Origin: Rubripirellula sp.
GTDB lineage: Bacteria > Planctomycetota > Planctomycetia > Pirellulales > Pirellulaceae
NCBI GenBank assembly: GCA_965216875.1
Contig: OZ244207.1
Span: 4,064,001 to 4,128,000, forward strand
Direction of reading: 5' to 3'
DNA length: 64,000 nucleotides
The notes beneath the pieces were generated by a model. It searched no databases. It saw nothing but the letters and a program-made list of their open reading frames with translations, and was not told the origin of the DNA. The translations under genes and the position numbers were made by a program. Numbering within the stretch: the first letter of the stretch is position 1; each line of letters begins with the position of its first letter. Shown piece by piece: positions 28,786 to 38,136 of this stretch.

Positions 28786-29327
28786 GCTTCACCTCCACCG
28801 AGTGACATCGTCATGCAGCGATGAAGTTCTTTTCGCACGCGAGCGAGGAGCTGGTAGAGCGACCCTTCGGTTCGTTTCAGATTCGCCGCGAGCTCACGAA
28901 TCGTTGTGTCTTTTCCATAAGCAGCCAGTGCCAACTCGCGTCGCTGGCGAGGAAGCTTTTCGATGCATTGGTCGAGCACTCGCAGTTGTCGTTGACGAAG
29001 CGGCAATTCATCGGCCCCTTCTTCAGCCAACAATTCGACAATGTCTTCAGCAAGGACAAGTCGGTCGCGAGCAAACCGCCGTCGCGCGGTCAGCAATTCG
29101 TAGCGAGCAATCAGACAGGCCCAGGCCCCAAACGCAGAATGATCTTCGAGTGTCGAGAACTTTCGCAGCGCCGCGACACTCACCTCCTGCATCACATCAT
29201 CAACTTCCTGGGCCTTTGGGCAGCAGGAGCGGACGAAGGCGCGCAGCTCGGGCTCATGCTGCATCCAAAGCCTCAGAAAGGTTTCGTGCGGATTCGCGAC
29301 GTTTTGGGTGTCCAATTCGGTTTCCAT
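28782..29327 (-). CDS. ECF RNA polymerase sigma-70 factor (Rhodopirellula/Verrucomicrobia type)
   Basis: 'FLRL...HE..LRAFVRS......VDDVMQEV', 'FGAWA..IARY', 'LDQCIEKL...RREL....Y.......LA.......SLYQLLARVR..L..C'. AAGGAG upstream of the ATG. Confidence 0.92.
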   Translation of the reverse strand: METELDTQNVANPHETFLRLWMQHEPELRAFVRSCCPKAQEVDDVMQEVSVAALRKFSTLEDHSAFGAWACLIARYELLTARRRFARDRLVLAEDIVELLAEEGADELPLRQRQLRVLDQCIEKLPRQRRELALAAYGKDTTIRELAANLKRTEGSLYQLLARVRKELHRCMTMSLGGGEA

Positions 29328-29408
29328 GTGTGCTCCTTACTCGTCCGCTGCCGTCCCCCGCACAATTTTACGCAGAAAACCAGAAAGATTTCGAAAAGAG
29401 CCAAAGAG

Positions 29409-29503
29409 GTAGGGTGTGTGCTTGCACGCACCAAATCCGTCGCTAGCCGCGCACGCACCAAATCCGCCAGGCATTGAGTGGTGCGTGCAAGCACACACCC
29501 TAC
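29409..29503. repeat. GTAG-type REP/REPIN element with perfect 25-bp terminal inverted repeats
   Basis: gtagggtgtgtgcttgcacgcacca (29409-29433) and tggtgcgtgcaagcacacaccctac (29479-29503), with an internal direct duplication of gcacgcaccaaatccg. Confidence 0.85.
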
Positions 29504-29547
29504 TTTCCTGTCGAGCACACCGAAAAGGAAAAGGGCCTGGAATACGC

Positions 29548-30369
29548 TCAGTTCTTCTTGAAGATGAACTTTGTGTAGGGCTCGGTCTTTGCGTGCATCG
29601 ACTTGTTGTCGAGCTTTTCGACGCTCCAGACCTCCTTGCCCTCGAAGGTGGCCGACATCGGCACAAAATTCGAACGGGCCAACGCGTAGTACAACCTCGG
29701 TTGCCCCGACTCCTGACGAACCTCCAACAGCAACAACACCTCTGGATCGGTTCCGCGAGCGTAGGCAAACAATGCTCCGTCAAGCACTTCGCTGGCCGGA
29801 CTGTCGGTGTCGGCGATCTCGTAGCGATACAGGGGCCGAGCGAGAATTCGCAGCTGATCAACCGATTGGTCTCGGTTGGTCATCTTCAACGAAAACTTCC
29901 TGGCCGTCATGCGCATCCGGGCAAGACGCTGAACGGCCGTTTGACCAACACTTGCCGCCCCCGGAACTGGCTTCCAATCAACACCTGACTGAATGCAACG
30001 CCATTCCTTTTGCCCGTCACGCTGCGCAAGAATTGACTTGGTCGAAAGTGATTGGAACTCATGCGTGCTGTGAGTGTGCGGCCGGTACCACTTGTAGATC
30101 GATGCGATCACGGCGGGACGTCCGGCGTCCGTCCAAACAAACACGTTCCCGTAAACCTCGCCGTTCTCGGGATCGGTCCATTTCAATACGGGGTCGGCTC
30201 GTAGTTTCAGCGTTTGGTCACCCGCTTCGATCGAATACTCTGCCGCAATCTGTTTTGCTGTTTCCGCAAACGCGTCCGCATTGCTCTTGCCTTCGTCTAG
30301 CTCCTGGCCATGAACATTGGCGCCAAGCAAAACCAAACAAGCCGCTGCGATCATCAAACGATCAATCAT
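29548..30369 (-). CDS. Secreted hypothetical protein, paralog of 39128..40015
   Basis: Signal peptide. Shares 'P.LK.T.P.....G.V..WT..GRP.VI', 'HE..SLS', 'RL..MR..A..F', 'QLR....PL.RY', 'DGA.FA...GTDPE..LLLE' with 39128..40015. Confidence 0.85.
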   Translation of the reverse strand: MIDRLMIAAACLVLLGANVHGQELDEGKSNADAFAETAKQIAAEYSIEAGDQTLKLRADPVLKWTDPENGEVYGNVFVWTDAGRPAVIASIYKWYRPHTHSTHEFQSLSTKSILAQRDGQKEWRCIQSGVDWKPVPGAASVGQTAVQRLARMRMTARKFSLKMTNRDQSVDQLRILARPLYRYEIADTDSPASEVLDGALFAYARGTDPEVLLLLEVRQESGQPRLYYALARSNFVPMSATFEGKEVWSVEKLDNKSMHAKTEPYTKFIFKKN

Positions 30370-30539
30370 CGGAACACCCAAAATGCAAACGAAAGAGATT
30401 GGTAGCCCATCAACATAAGACACTACGTCTACGCTGGCAAGCTTTTTAGCTTTCGGCCGCCGTGAATGGGCTGCGGCGATGGTTTATGATGCAATCCTCC
30501 TTTCAACCATGCCCTCTTCGCTTCGTTCAGGAGCACGCG

Positions 30540-31253
30540 ATGGAACTTCGCTCGCGCGAGCCTAGGCAAATGAGCATCACAGCGGACACGAAGACGCGGG
30601 TGGTCGTGATCGAGGATCATACCGAATACCGCGAAGTGATCGAAATCGCATTGGGAAAGACGGACGACATCGAACTTGTTGGGACCTATGGTGCGGCCGA
30701 AGTCGCGCTTCGTCGTTTGGAACATTCCAGCGGTTGGACAAAGCCCGATGTGATCCTTTTGGACATTAGTCTTCCGGGAATGTCGGGGCTCGACGCGATA
30801 TCACGAATTCGACGCGATGGTGAAGATGTCAAAATCATTGTCCTGACCCAGTCCAACCAAGAGGCGGATGTGATGCGAGCGATCTCGCTTGGTGCCTCGG
30901 GTTACCTACTTAAATCGGCGACGGTCAATCAAATCATCGAAGGCATTCGGTGCGTGATGGCTGGCGACGCTCCGTTGGACACCGGGATCGCCAAGTACAT
31001 TTTGAATACGCTGCGATCAGCGCTGCCCAAGGGCAAAACAGCTGCGGTTTTGTTGACCAAGCGAGAGATGGAAATCCTACATTTGCTGGCCGATGGACTG
31101 ACCAAAAAAGAGATTGCCGAGCAACTCTGCGTAAGCAACAGCACGGTCAGTACGCATACGGTCCATATTTTTGAAAAGCTAAGCGTTCAAAACGCCCCGG
31201 CCGCAGTGGCTCAAGCATTCCGATTGGGCATCTTTTCACGCGACAACGAATAG
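30540..31253 (+). CDS. NarL/FixJ family response regulator (REC + LuxR HTH)
   Basis: 'VVVIEDH', 'PDVILLDISLPGMSG', 'IIVLT', 'GASGYLLK', 'LTKREMEIL.LLADG..KKEIA..L..S..TV..H...I..KL'. GGAG before ATG 30540. Confidence 0.93.
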   Translation: MELRSREPRQMSITADTKTRVVVIEDHTEYREVIEIALGKTDDIELVGTYGAAEVALRRLEHSSGWTKPDVILLDISLPGMSGLDAISRIRRDGEDVKIIVLTQSNQEADVMRAISLGASGYLLKSATVNQIIEGIRCVMAGDAPLDTGIAKYILNTLRSALPKGKTAAVLLTKREMEILHLLADGLTKKEIAEQLCVSNSTVSTHTVHIFEKLSVQNAPAAVAQAFRLGIFSRDNE

Positions 31254-31257
31254 TCGC

Positions 31258-33267
31258 CTATTTTCGTCGCCACCATCGCCGCGTGCGGAGTGTGAGGTGA
31301 ATGCTCGTTCCCTGGGCATCCGGTTGTTCCACCGAGACTGAGGCCCCCAATAGTCTCGCCCGACGGCGCAGCGACGGTGGAACATCACTCAAGTCGGCGT
31401 CAGACAATCCATGACCATTGTCCGTAATGGCGAGCAGCACGGACTTTCGATTCCCGACCAACCTTGTCTGCAACTGGGTTGCTCCTGAGTGACGTGAAAT
31501 ATTGACCAAACATTCTTTGTAGAAAAGAAACAGGTCAAGGCGTGTGCGTGGTTTAAGCAGGTTGAGGTACTGCTCACCTTCGACTTCGATATCGTGATCA
31601 ACATTAACGGCCACACTCTCGGCCGCCTGCCTCATGTCGGCCAAGAATTCCGCATGCAGGTCGACCGAGTCGTTCGCGTCAACCAAGTGCCTCATCGACT
31701 GTCCCGTCCGCTCGGTTAGCGTCCGAATTCGGTTGAGATAGCCCGTTCGCTCATCCGCATCTCGCGACGAGTCTTCGGCAAGATCACTCAGCAGACCGAT
31801 CGTATGTAGGTTGGCTCCCAATTCGTCATGCAAGTCGGCGGCCAAGCGTTCTTTGACTGAGGCGACCTCGCGGAGCCGTAGTAAGCGATTGCCCAGCAGG
31901 ACAAAACCAATCGCCACTGCAAGGGTCGCAACAAGCCAACGAGCAAGACGCAGATTGATCGACTGACGTTCGAAATGACCATTGAGGTCCGAAACGATTC
32001 GGGGACGTTCGACTTCGAGGTCGTGCCGTCGCGCCAATTGGTTCATCCACTCGCGCACGGGCAAGATCGCGCCGTAAAAATTGTTTCCGTCGGTTAGCGA
32101 TTTCAGTCTTCGCCCACGATTGCCCCGCTGGAAACTCGCCTTGACGTCTTTCCCCAGCGCAACATTCCTTCCCGACGAAAACAGCTCGATCTCAGCAAAG
32201 CCAATCTGAGTGCGGTTGACTTCGCTGAACGTTTGCAGGAATGGCTCAACCGCAATCAACGCGACGTAGCGGCATTCGACGGCGTCGAAACGGCGCATCA
32301 TGATCGGCCCCGAATCGTAAATCGAATTGACCTCGATGGTGCACAATTCGCGCGGCTCAGAAAAGTCGCTTTGACGAGCACCGACGATCCGAAGCTTCCG
32401 CGGAATCGCAAAATCAGTTCCGTGGCTCTGTGGCGCCGTGTCGCTCGTATCGACCGCATGCAAATGAACGCGGTCGATCGCTTCCGTTTGCCCGAGATCA
32501 ATGATGAGACTTGGTTGGTCGGCGTCGCCCTCAACTTGGCTCACAAAAGCGATGCTTTGCTCGCCACCGGTCGCATCCATCAAATAGGGCACATGCCCAT
32601 CAACCAAAAACGGTTTGTCAATAAACGCGGTCACCCGATCGTTTGACGAGACTTCAACCTGGGAATGGAGGGCGACGTTTTCTTCGCCACTGAAGACCAT
32701 AATCTCAGAAAGCTGGAGATCGTAGCTGCCGTCCCACAATCGCGACCCGAGGGAAGTCGCCACGAGGCGAATCCAAGATCCACGCAGCGCCGGCGGGCAG
32801 TCCACAACCAACGGCGCAAGCCGCGGAAGCAGCAAATCCTCCGCTTCATAGCGGGCAATCGTCCTTCCGTCGGTAGACGCGTCGCTACCAACTTCAACAC
32901 GAAATTCAACGGGAAACCCATCCGCACGAAATCCTGTGCGGCCATCGCGCCAAATGGTTGGCACAATAACGATTTGGTCGATATCACACTGCTGACCAAG
33001 ATCAATCTGTATCGATACGGGATGATCCGGATCGTCAAACCGGCGCGAGCGATAACCGGTTGCGCCAATCCCGCTCCGCAGACTTAGGGACGCGAGCTGT
33101 TCGATTTCACGGTCGACCTCTGCCAAACGAACCTGCAACTGCGACATCGTCGGTTGCCCTATCGCTCGGTTCGACGGACTCCCACGCCAACACCCACCAC
33201 TGAGAAGTGGCACGAGTGCGGCCAACAGTATTGGCAGCGACGTTAGGCTTCGTTTGATCGGGTTCAT
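31258..33267 (-). CDS. Sensor histidine kinase (HisKA_3 type) with tandem discoidin/galactose-binding-like extracytoplasmic domains
   Basis: Repeated 'IDLG....ID.I/V', 'FP..F', 'L.EI..FS...NVAL'; TM; H-box 'RLAADLHDELGANL'; N-box 'KECLVNISRHSGA'; G1 'ITDNGHG'. Confidence 0.88.
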   Translation of the reverse strand: MNPIKRSLTSLPILLAALVPLLSGGCWRGSPSNRAIGQPTMSQLQVRLAEVDREIEQLASLSLRSGIGATGYRSRRFDDPDHPVSIQIDLGQQCDIDQIVIVPTIWRDGRTGFRADGFPVEFRVEVGSDASTDGRTIARYEAEDLLLPRLAPLVVDCPPALRGSWIRLVATSLGSRLWDGSYDLQLSEIMVFSGEENVALHSQVEVSSNDRVTAFIDKPFLVDGHVPYLMDATGGEQSIAFVSQVEGDADQPSLIIDLGQTEAIDRVHLHAVDTSDTAPQSHGTDFAIPRKLRIVGARQSDFSEPRELCTIEVNSIYDSGPIMMRRFDAVECRYVALIAVEPFLQTFSEVNRTQIGFAEIELFSSGRNVALGKDVKASFQRGNRGRRLKSLTDGNNFYGAILPVREWMNQLARRHDLEVERPRIVSDLNGHFERQSINLRLARWLVATLAVAIGFVLLGNRLLRLREVASVKERLAADLHDELGANLHTIGLLSDLAEDSSRDADERTGYLNRIRTLTERTGQSMRHLVDANDSVDLHAEFLADMRQAAESVAVNVDHDIEVEGEQYLNLLKPRTRLDLFLFYKECLVNISRHSGATQLQTRLVGNRKSVLLAITDNGHGLSDADLSDVPPSLRRRARLLGASVSVEQPDAQGTSIHLTLRTRRWWRRK

Positions 33268-33516
33268 TCACCTCGCAACATCTTAGCGGAAGATTTTTAC
33301 CCCCTGCATCGTACAAATACACGATACCTCACACGGTGGTCGCTCAGTAGCATTCGTGAGTCGCATGCTTCTCTCGTCTTTTCCAAGTCTATTTCCCGTG
33401 TACAAGCGACACAGTTGTCATCATCAAATCCGCTTTTTGTGATCGAGGCATCGAGCTGGACTTCGTTGTCGAGGGGACTCGCTGACAGTGCTATCCATCA
33501 CACCTGTTGAAAGAGA

Positions 33517-34737
33517 ATGAAGATGAACGTTCATCACCTGAAAAGGCAAGGGTTCACGCTCGTCGAACTCCTTGTCGTGATCGCAATCATTGGCGTACTG
33601 GTAGGGCTACTGTTGCCGGCAGTGCAAGCAGCACGCGAGGCAGCGCGCCGGATGAGTTGTAGCAACAACTTCAAACAAATCGGCCTGGGAATTCACAACT
33701 ATCATTCCAGTTACAAACGGATCCCGGCGCACGGCTTCGGCACCACCTCCGTACCGAGCGCGAACAATGCATGGTGGGCATCCAATCCGCTGGCCAACAA
33801 CCGACGCTTGAGCACACTCGTTGCAATCTTGCCCTTTGTCGAACAGCAATCGATTTGGGAGATCATTAGCCAGCCCAATGACTTCGATTCTGATGGCACA
33901 GTCGATTTCCAATCAATGGGACCTACCCCCGAGAACATTGACTATCGGCCGTGGACACTCGAAATCCCGACCTATCGTTGCCCAAGCGATCCTGGTGTTG
34001 GCCTGCCGGCGCTCGGCCGCGCCAACTACGCCGCCTGCCTGGGCGATAGCACCTGGCAAACGATGGTCGGTCCCTGGGAAGGCGATTTGGTTGACCCGGT
34101 GAGGTCCTTTCGCTTTCAACGTGCGCAAGCCGGACATCGCGGATTCTTTAAACCACGTGACACTTCGGGCCGATTCCGCGATTGCCTGGACGGACTTGCC
34201 AACACGATCGCGATGGGAGAAATCATTACCTACCTCGGCGATAACGATGCGCGCGCCGTGTTGCCGATCGATGGCAGCAGCCTCGGCAATAACAACGGTG
34301 CTATGAATGCGATCCGTGACAATCCGGGTGCCTGCGATACGTTCGTCGATCCAGAGCGTCCGAGGTTCTGGCTCAACGGTGGATCGCGAACGACACGGGG
34401 CCGTGGCTACCGATGGGCGGACTTCAAACAGATCTTCACGGGTTGCTTCACGATCCTGCCACCGAACGACGTTTACTGTGCGCGTCACAACGGGGACGAC
34501 TTGACCGGGACCGCTCCCATGTCAAGCCAACACCAAGGGGGTGCCCATATCCTGATGGCCGACGGCGCCGTGGTCTTTATCTCGGATTCAATCGAAGCCG
34601 GAAATCGAAACCACGGCGATGTCTGGTTGGGCGGCACAGGCGCCCGGCAACCAGGCAGCGAAAGTCCTTATGGACTTTGGGGAGCACTCGGAACGAGAGC
34701 CGCCAAAGAAGTCATCGAGGAAGAGCTAAACCAATAG
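33517..34737 (+). CDS. DUF1559 (SBP_bac_10) protein with prepilin-type N-terminal cleavage/methylation site and H-X9-DG motif
   Basis: G|FTLVELLVVIAIIGVLVGLLLPAVQAAREAARRMSCSNN.KQIGL..HNYH; 'ILPFVEQ', 'CPSD', 'DG..NTI..GE', 'S.HQGGAHILMADGAV.FI'. Confidence 0.95.
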   Translation: MKMNVHHLKRQGFTLVELLVVIAIIGVLVGLLLPAVQAAREAARRMSCSNNFKQIGLGIHNYHSSYKRIPAHGFGTTSVPSANNAWWASNPLANNRRLSTLVAILPFVEQQSIWEIISQPNDFDSDGTVDFQSMGPTPENIDYRPWTLEIPTYRCPSDPGVGLPALGRANYAACLGDSTWQTMVGPWEGDLVDPVRSFRFQRAQAGHRGFFKPRDTSGRFRDCLDGLANTIAMGEIITYLGDNDARAVLPIDGSSLGNNNGAMNAIRDNPGACDTFVDPERPRFWLNGGSRTTRGRGYRWADFKQIFTGCFTILPPNDVYCARHNGDDLTGTAPMSSQHQGGAHILMADGAVVFISDSIEAGNRNHGDVWLGGTGARQPGSESPYGLWGALGTRAAKEVIEEELNQ

Positions 34738-34755
34738 CGCCCCCATCGATCCATC

Positions 34756-34786
34756 GGAAGGCGGACCGCACTGTGGTTCGCCTTCC
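34756..34786 (+). other. Intercistronic stem-loop after the DUF1559 gene
   Basis: ggaaggcggaccgca-c-tgtggttcgccttcc, a ~14-bp stem with G-U pairs and no U-tract. Confidence 0.55.
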
Positions 34787-34824
34787 TCCACTACACCAAG
34801 CCACCACGCTACTGATCTATCCTT

Positions 34825-35013
34825 ATGAATCGACCGAGAATTACCCCCCTGCTTCCAACGGCCCTGTTTGTTGTCGCCACCTTGGTTGGATGCGCTGACA
34901 CGAAACCAAAGTCCATAACCGATGAGCTGGATCAATCAGCCATCGATGCCTACAAAGAAACGGAAAAGCAAATTGAACTCGAAGCAATGAACGACATGGA
35001 TCTCGGAGAGTAG
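34825..35013 (+). CDS. Small acidic lipoprotein
   Basis: 62 aa; basic N-terminus, hydrophobic stretch, lipobox LVGC. Typical position downstream of a DUF1559 gene. Confidence 0.8.
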   Translation: MNRPRITPLLPTALFVVATLVGCADTKPKSITDELDQSAIDAYKETEKQIELEAMNDMDLGE

Positions 35014-35019
35014 TCGCCA

Positions 35020-36261
35020 TTACTCGTATCGCAACGCGTCGATTGGATCGAGGCGGCTTGCCTTTCTCGCCGGGTAGTAGCCGAAAAAGACGCCGACACA
35101 GGCAGAAAAGAGAATCGCAATCATTGCCGCCGGAAGACTCACCACCACCGGCCAATCGGTTCCAGGTGAAAACGCGTTGATCAACTTGATCACTCCAATG
35201 GAGCCACCAATCCCGAGCGCAAGGCCGATCAGTCCGCCAATCACCGAGAGCACGACCGCTTCGATCAAGAACTGACGCAAGATATCGGTCCCTCGCGCGC
35301 CGACAGCCATTCGGACACCGATCTCACGCGTTCGCTCGGTCACCGACACAAGCATGATGTTCATGATTCCGACGCCACCGACCGCCAAACTGATCGCGGC
35401 GATCGAAGCGAGCATCGCCGTCATTGATCCGGTAATCACGCCCAGCACATTCGCGATCTCCGTTGTGCTTTGCACTTCAAAGTCAGCAGGACGCCCAGGC
35501 GCAATGTCGTGACGTTCCCGCAGCAGTTGTTTGATTTCGTTGGTCGCAACGGATGTCAGTTCCGCGGATCGCGCCGAGGCCATGATCGCATGAACGCTGT
35601 TGAACTCGTTCCCATGAATCCGTTTCTGAACGGTCGTGTAGGGCACTAAGAGCACATCATCCTGGTCCTCGCCAACCATGTTGGCCCCCTTCGCTTCCAA
35701 GACCCCAATCACGCGAAAGGGAATGGAACCGATGCGAACCTTTTCGCCGATCGGGTCAATGGTCTGAAAAAGCTTGGCGACCAACGTTTGACCGATCACG
35801 CAGACTTTGTCGGCGGATCGGATTTCACGTTCGCCAAAGAAGCCTCCCCGACGAAGTTCCCACGAGCGAACGGTCAAGTATTGGGGTCCGACACCGAGAC
35901 ACTCCTTCGGCTGCCAGTTGACGCCTCCGTAGACGACCTGATTGCCAAAACCAACCAGCCCGCTGCTCGCCGCGACCGCACTGCACTCGCTACTGATCGC
36001 ATTGGAATCGTCCGAATTGAGGGTGATCGCACGCAAGTCATGCACACCACCGCGCTGCATCATTTTTGGAAAGATAATGATGACGTTTGTGCCGAGTCCT
36101 TCAAGTTCACCACGCACAAGACCCTCGGCACTTTGACCGATCGACACCATCGCTGTCACCGCTGCGATGCCAATGACAACACCCAACGTTGTCAACGTCG
36201 CGCGCATGCGATTCTTGCCCAAGGAGCGAAACGCAATCCGAACGGTATTCCAAAAGCCCAT
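35020..36261 (-). CDS. MacB/FtsX-type ABC transporter permease (no NBD)
   Basis: 'NRMRA.LT.LG.VIG', 'VCVIG', 'F.VIGV', 'ISL.VGGVGIMNIMLVSVTERTREIG.RMAVGA', 'GYYPARKASRLDPIDALRYE'. Confidence 0.95.
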   Translation of the reverse strand: MGFWNTVRIAFRSLGKNRMRATLTTLGVVIGIAAVTAMVSIGQSAEGLVRGELEGLGTNVIIIFPKMMQRGGVHDLRAITLNSDDSNAISSECSAVAASSGLVGFGNQVVYGGVNWQPKECLGVGPQYLTVRSWELRRGGFFGEREIRSADKVCVIGQTLVAKLFQTIDPIGEKVRIGSIPFRVIGVLEAKGANMVGEDQDDVLLVPYTTVQKRIHGNEFNSVHAIMASARSAELTSVATNEIKQLLRERHDIAPGRPADFEVQSTTEIANVLGVITGSMTAMLASIAAISLAVGGVGIMNIMLVSVTERTREIGVRMAVGARGTDILRQFLIEAVVLSVIGGLIGLALGIGGSIGVIKLINAFSPGTDWPVVVSLPAAMIAILFSACVGVFFGYYPARKASRLDPIDALRYE

Positions 36262-36263
36262 AT

Positions 36264-37514
36264 TTACTTCTTTTGCTTTTTGGCAGTGACCAATGCATCG
36301 CCCTCTTTGACATCACCACTTAGGACCTCGGTCCAACGACTGTCACGGATACCGATCGCCACAGGAATCGCTCGCAGCTTTTGGTCTTCCCAAACCCAAA
36401 CGTGGCGACGATTCTTGTTGCTTGCTGCGGCAGTCTTTTCTTCAGCCGATTCTTCGTCGACCTCGTCGGTCGATTCGGAATCATCCAAACCGGTGACGAT
36501 TTTTTTGTCTTCCTCGCGAACAAACTGCACTTCGGGAAAAAACCGTAGTGCAGCGTTCGGAATCTTCAGGCAATCGTCACGACGTTCGATGCGAAACGAC
36601 AAACTCGCTGTCATTCCGGGCATCAGTTTGCCATCGTCATTCGGCGCCGAAACCACAACTGGGTAGGTCACGACATTTTGGACTTCCACGGGACTCAGTC
36701 GCACCTGTTTGATCGCCCCGACAAACAGAACATCGGGGTAGGCATCGACTGTGAATTTGACTTCCTGGTCCGACACCTGTGCTTTGCGAATGTGGCCAAT
36801 GTCCGCTTCGTCGACTGAAGCAAAAATATGAACTTCATCGCGAATGTCGGGCGCGACGGTAAACAGCTCAGGCGTCTGGAACTGTGCCGCAAGCGTTTGC
36901 CCCGGCTCGATCTTTCGATCGATGATGATGCCATCAACCGGCGACTCGATTCGCGTGTAGCCCAAGTTGGCTTCCGAATTGGCTAGCGATGCCTCGGCCT
37001 GTGCGACGCCCGCTTCGGCAACGACAAGTTGTGCCTCGAGCGACTGGCGCGAAAACCTCGCTTGATCAACCTCCACCTGAGAAACAAACCCCTTGCCTTG
37101 AGACAAGAGTTGATCAGCGCGCTGCTCATCTGCCCTTGCCTGCGCGAGATCCGCTTCGACGCGTTTCACTTCACCACGTCGGATTGCCAGGACAGCTTGG
37201 TCGCCAGCAACTGCGGCTTGATAAATGCGAGGGTCGATCTCGGCGAGCAGTTGGCCCTCTTTGACCTGATCATTGAAATCAACGTGCAGCTCTTTGATCG
37301 GCCCGGAGACGAATGAGCCTACCGCGACCGAGAGCACCGGTTTCACTTCACCGGTTGAGTTGACGACCGAAGTGATCGATCCCGTTTCGACTTTGCCCGT
37401 GGCAAACTCCGGAATGTTTCGCTTGCGCAAATATTCTTGCGTCCATTTTCCCGCTGCACCCAGGGCACCCACCACAACGGCAAGAATCAGAATTCGAACG
37501 AACCAGCGCATCAA
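36264..37514 (-). CDS. MacA-like efflux periplasmic adaptor subunit
   Basis: 'V.VGS.VSG.I..L.VDFN..VK.GQLLA.IDP', 'I.SPVDGII', 'GQTLAA.FQTPELF', 'VDEADIG', 'FTVDAYP', 'L.PGMTA'. Confidence 0.93.
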   Translation of the reverse strand: MMRWFVRILILAVVVGALGAAGKWTQEYLRKRNIPEFATGKVETGSITSVVNSTGEVKPVLSVAVGSFVSGPIKELHVDFNDQVKEGQLLAEIDPRIYQAAVAGDQAVLAIRRGEVKRVEADLAQARADEQRADQLLSQGKGFVSQVEVDQARFSRQSLEAQLVVAEAGVAQAEASLANSEANLGYTRIESPVDGIIIDRKIEPGQTLAAQFQTPELFTVAPDIRDEVHIFASVDEADIGHIRKAQVSDQEVKFTVDAYPDVLFVGAIKQVRLSPVEVQNVVTYPVVVSAPNDDGKLMPGMTASLSFRIERRDDCLKIPNAALRFFPEVQFVREEDKKIVTGLDDSESTDEVDEESAEEKTAAASNKNRRHVWVWEDQKLRAIPVAIGIRDSRWTEVLSGDVKEGDALVTAKKQKK

Positions 37515-37795
37515 GAATCGGTATTTCGGGTAGTTGCGGACTCAGAACCAAGCAATGCGCGCCCATGGCACGTTCATTTCGAGCAAGTATAAAGAGAAGG
37601 CCGGCTCACAAAACGCCCAATCAGCCGGAAAACACAGGGTTTCAACAAACCTAATTTTTTCACAACTTTTTCGTCCCCGAGACCAAGATCGGTCGGCGGA
37701 CGACGAACAGCGTGCGTACCCAATGCCTCTTTCTAAGGGGCACATCGACGCGCGGCGGACCCACACCCAACACACACCCACGGACCGAAGAAACC

Positions 37796-38092
37796 ATGAT
37801 GCTTGCCGAATTCAATTGGGATGCGATCTTCTTTAACCCACTCGCTATCCCGATCATTGCGATCGTGTCGGTCTTCACTTGGCTGATCATTGCATCAATT
37901 TCCGAATCGATCTCGAACGTGATGAATCATCGCGCTGACGTCGATCTGAAAATGGAGCTCTTTTCACAAGGTGTTCCCGCAGACGAAATCGTGCGGATCG
38001 TCGAAGCGGGACGTCCCGGCGAATCAGCTGGCCAGCAACACTCACACTACTGCCAAACCAAGCCGCATGCGGCTCCCATCCACGGCATGTAG
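37796..38092 (+). CDS. Small single-TM hypothetical protein
   Basis: Hydrophobic segment 'LAIPIIAIVSVFTWLIIASI' followed by 'LKMEL...G...DEI.RIV'. Start moved to MMLAEF. Confidence 0.7.
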   Translation: MMLAEFNWDAIFFNPLAIPIIAIVSVFTWLIIASISESISNVMNHRADVDLKMELFSQGVPADEIVRIVEAGRPGESAGQQHSHYCQTKPHAAPIHGM

Positions 38093-38136
38093 CGTCGGCC
38101 ACAGGCCGATACTGGTTTCCCCAAAGAGACGTCTGC

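Noticed and set aside
33517..34737. Type IV pilus or type II secretion locus
   Set aside because: Only the prepilin-like N-terminus is present, with no ATPase, secretin or platform genes. DUF1559 genes are highly expanded in planctomycetes.
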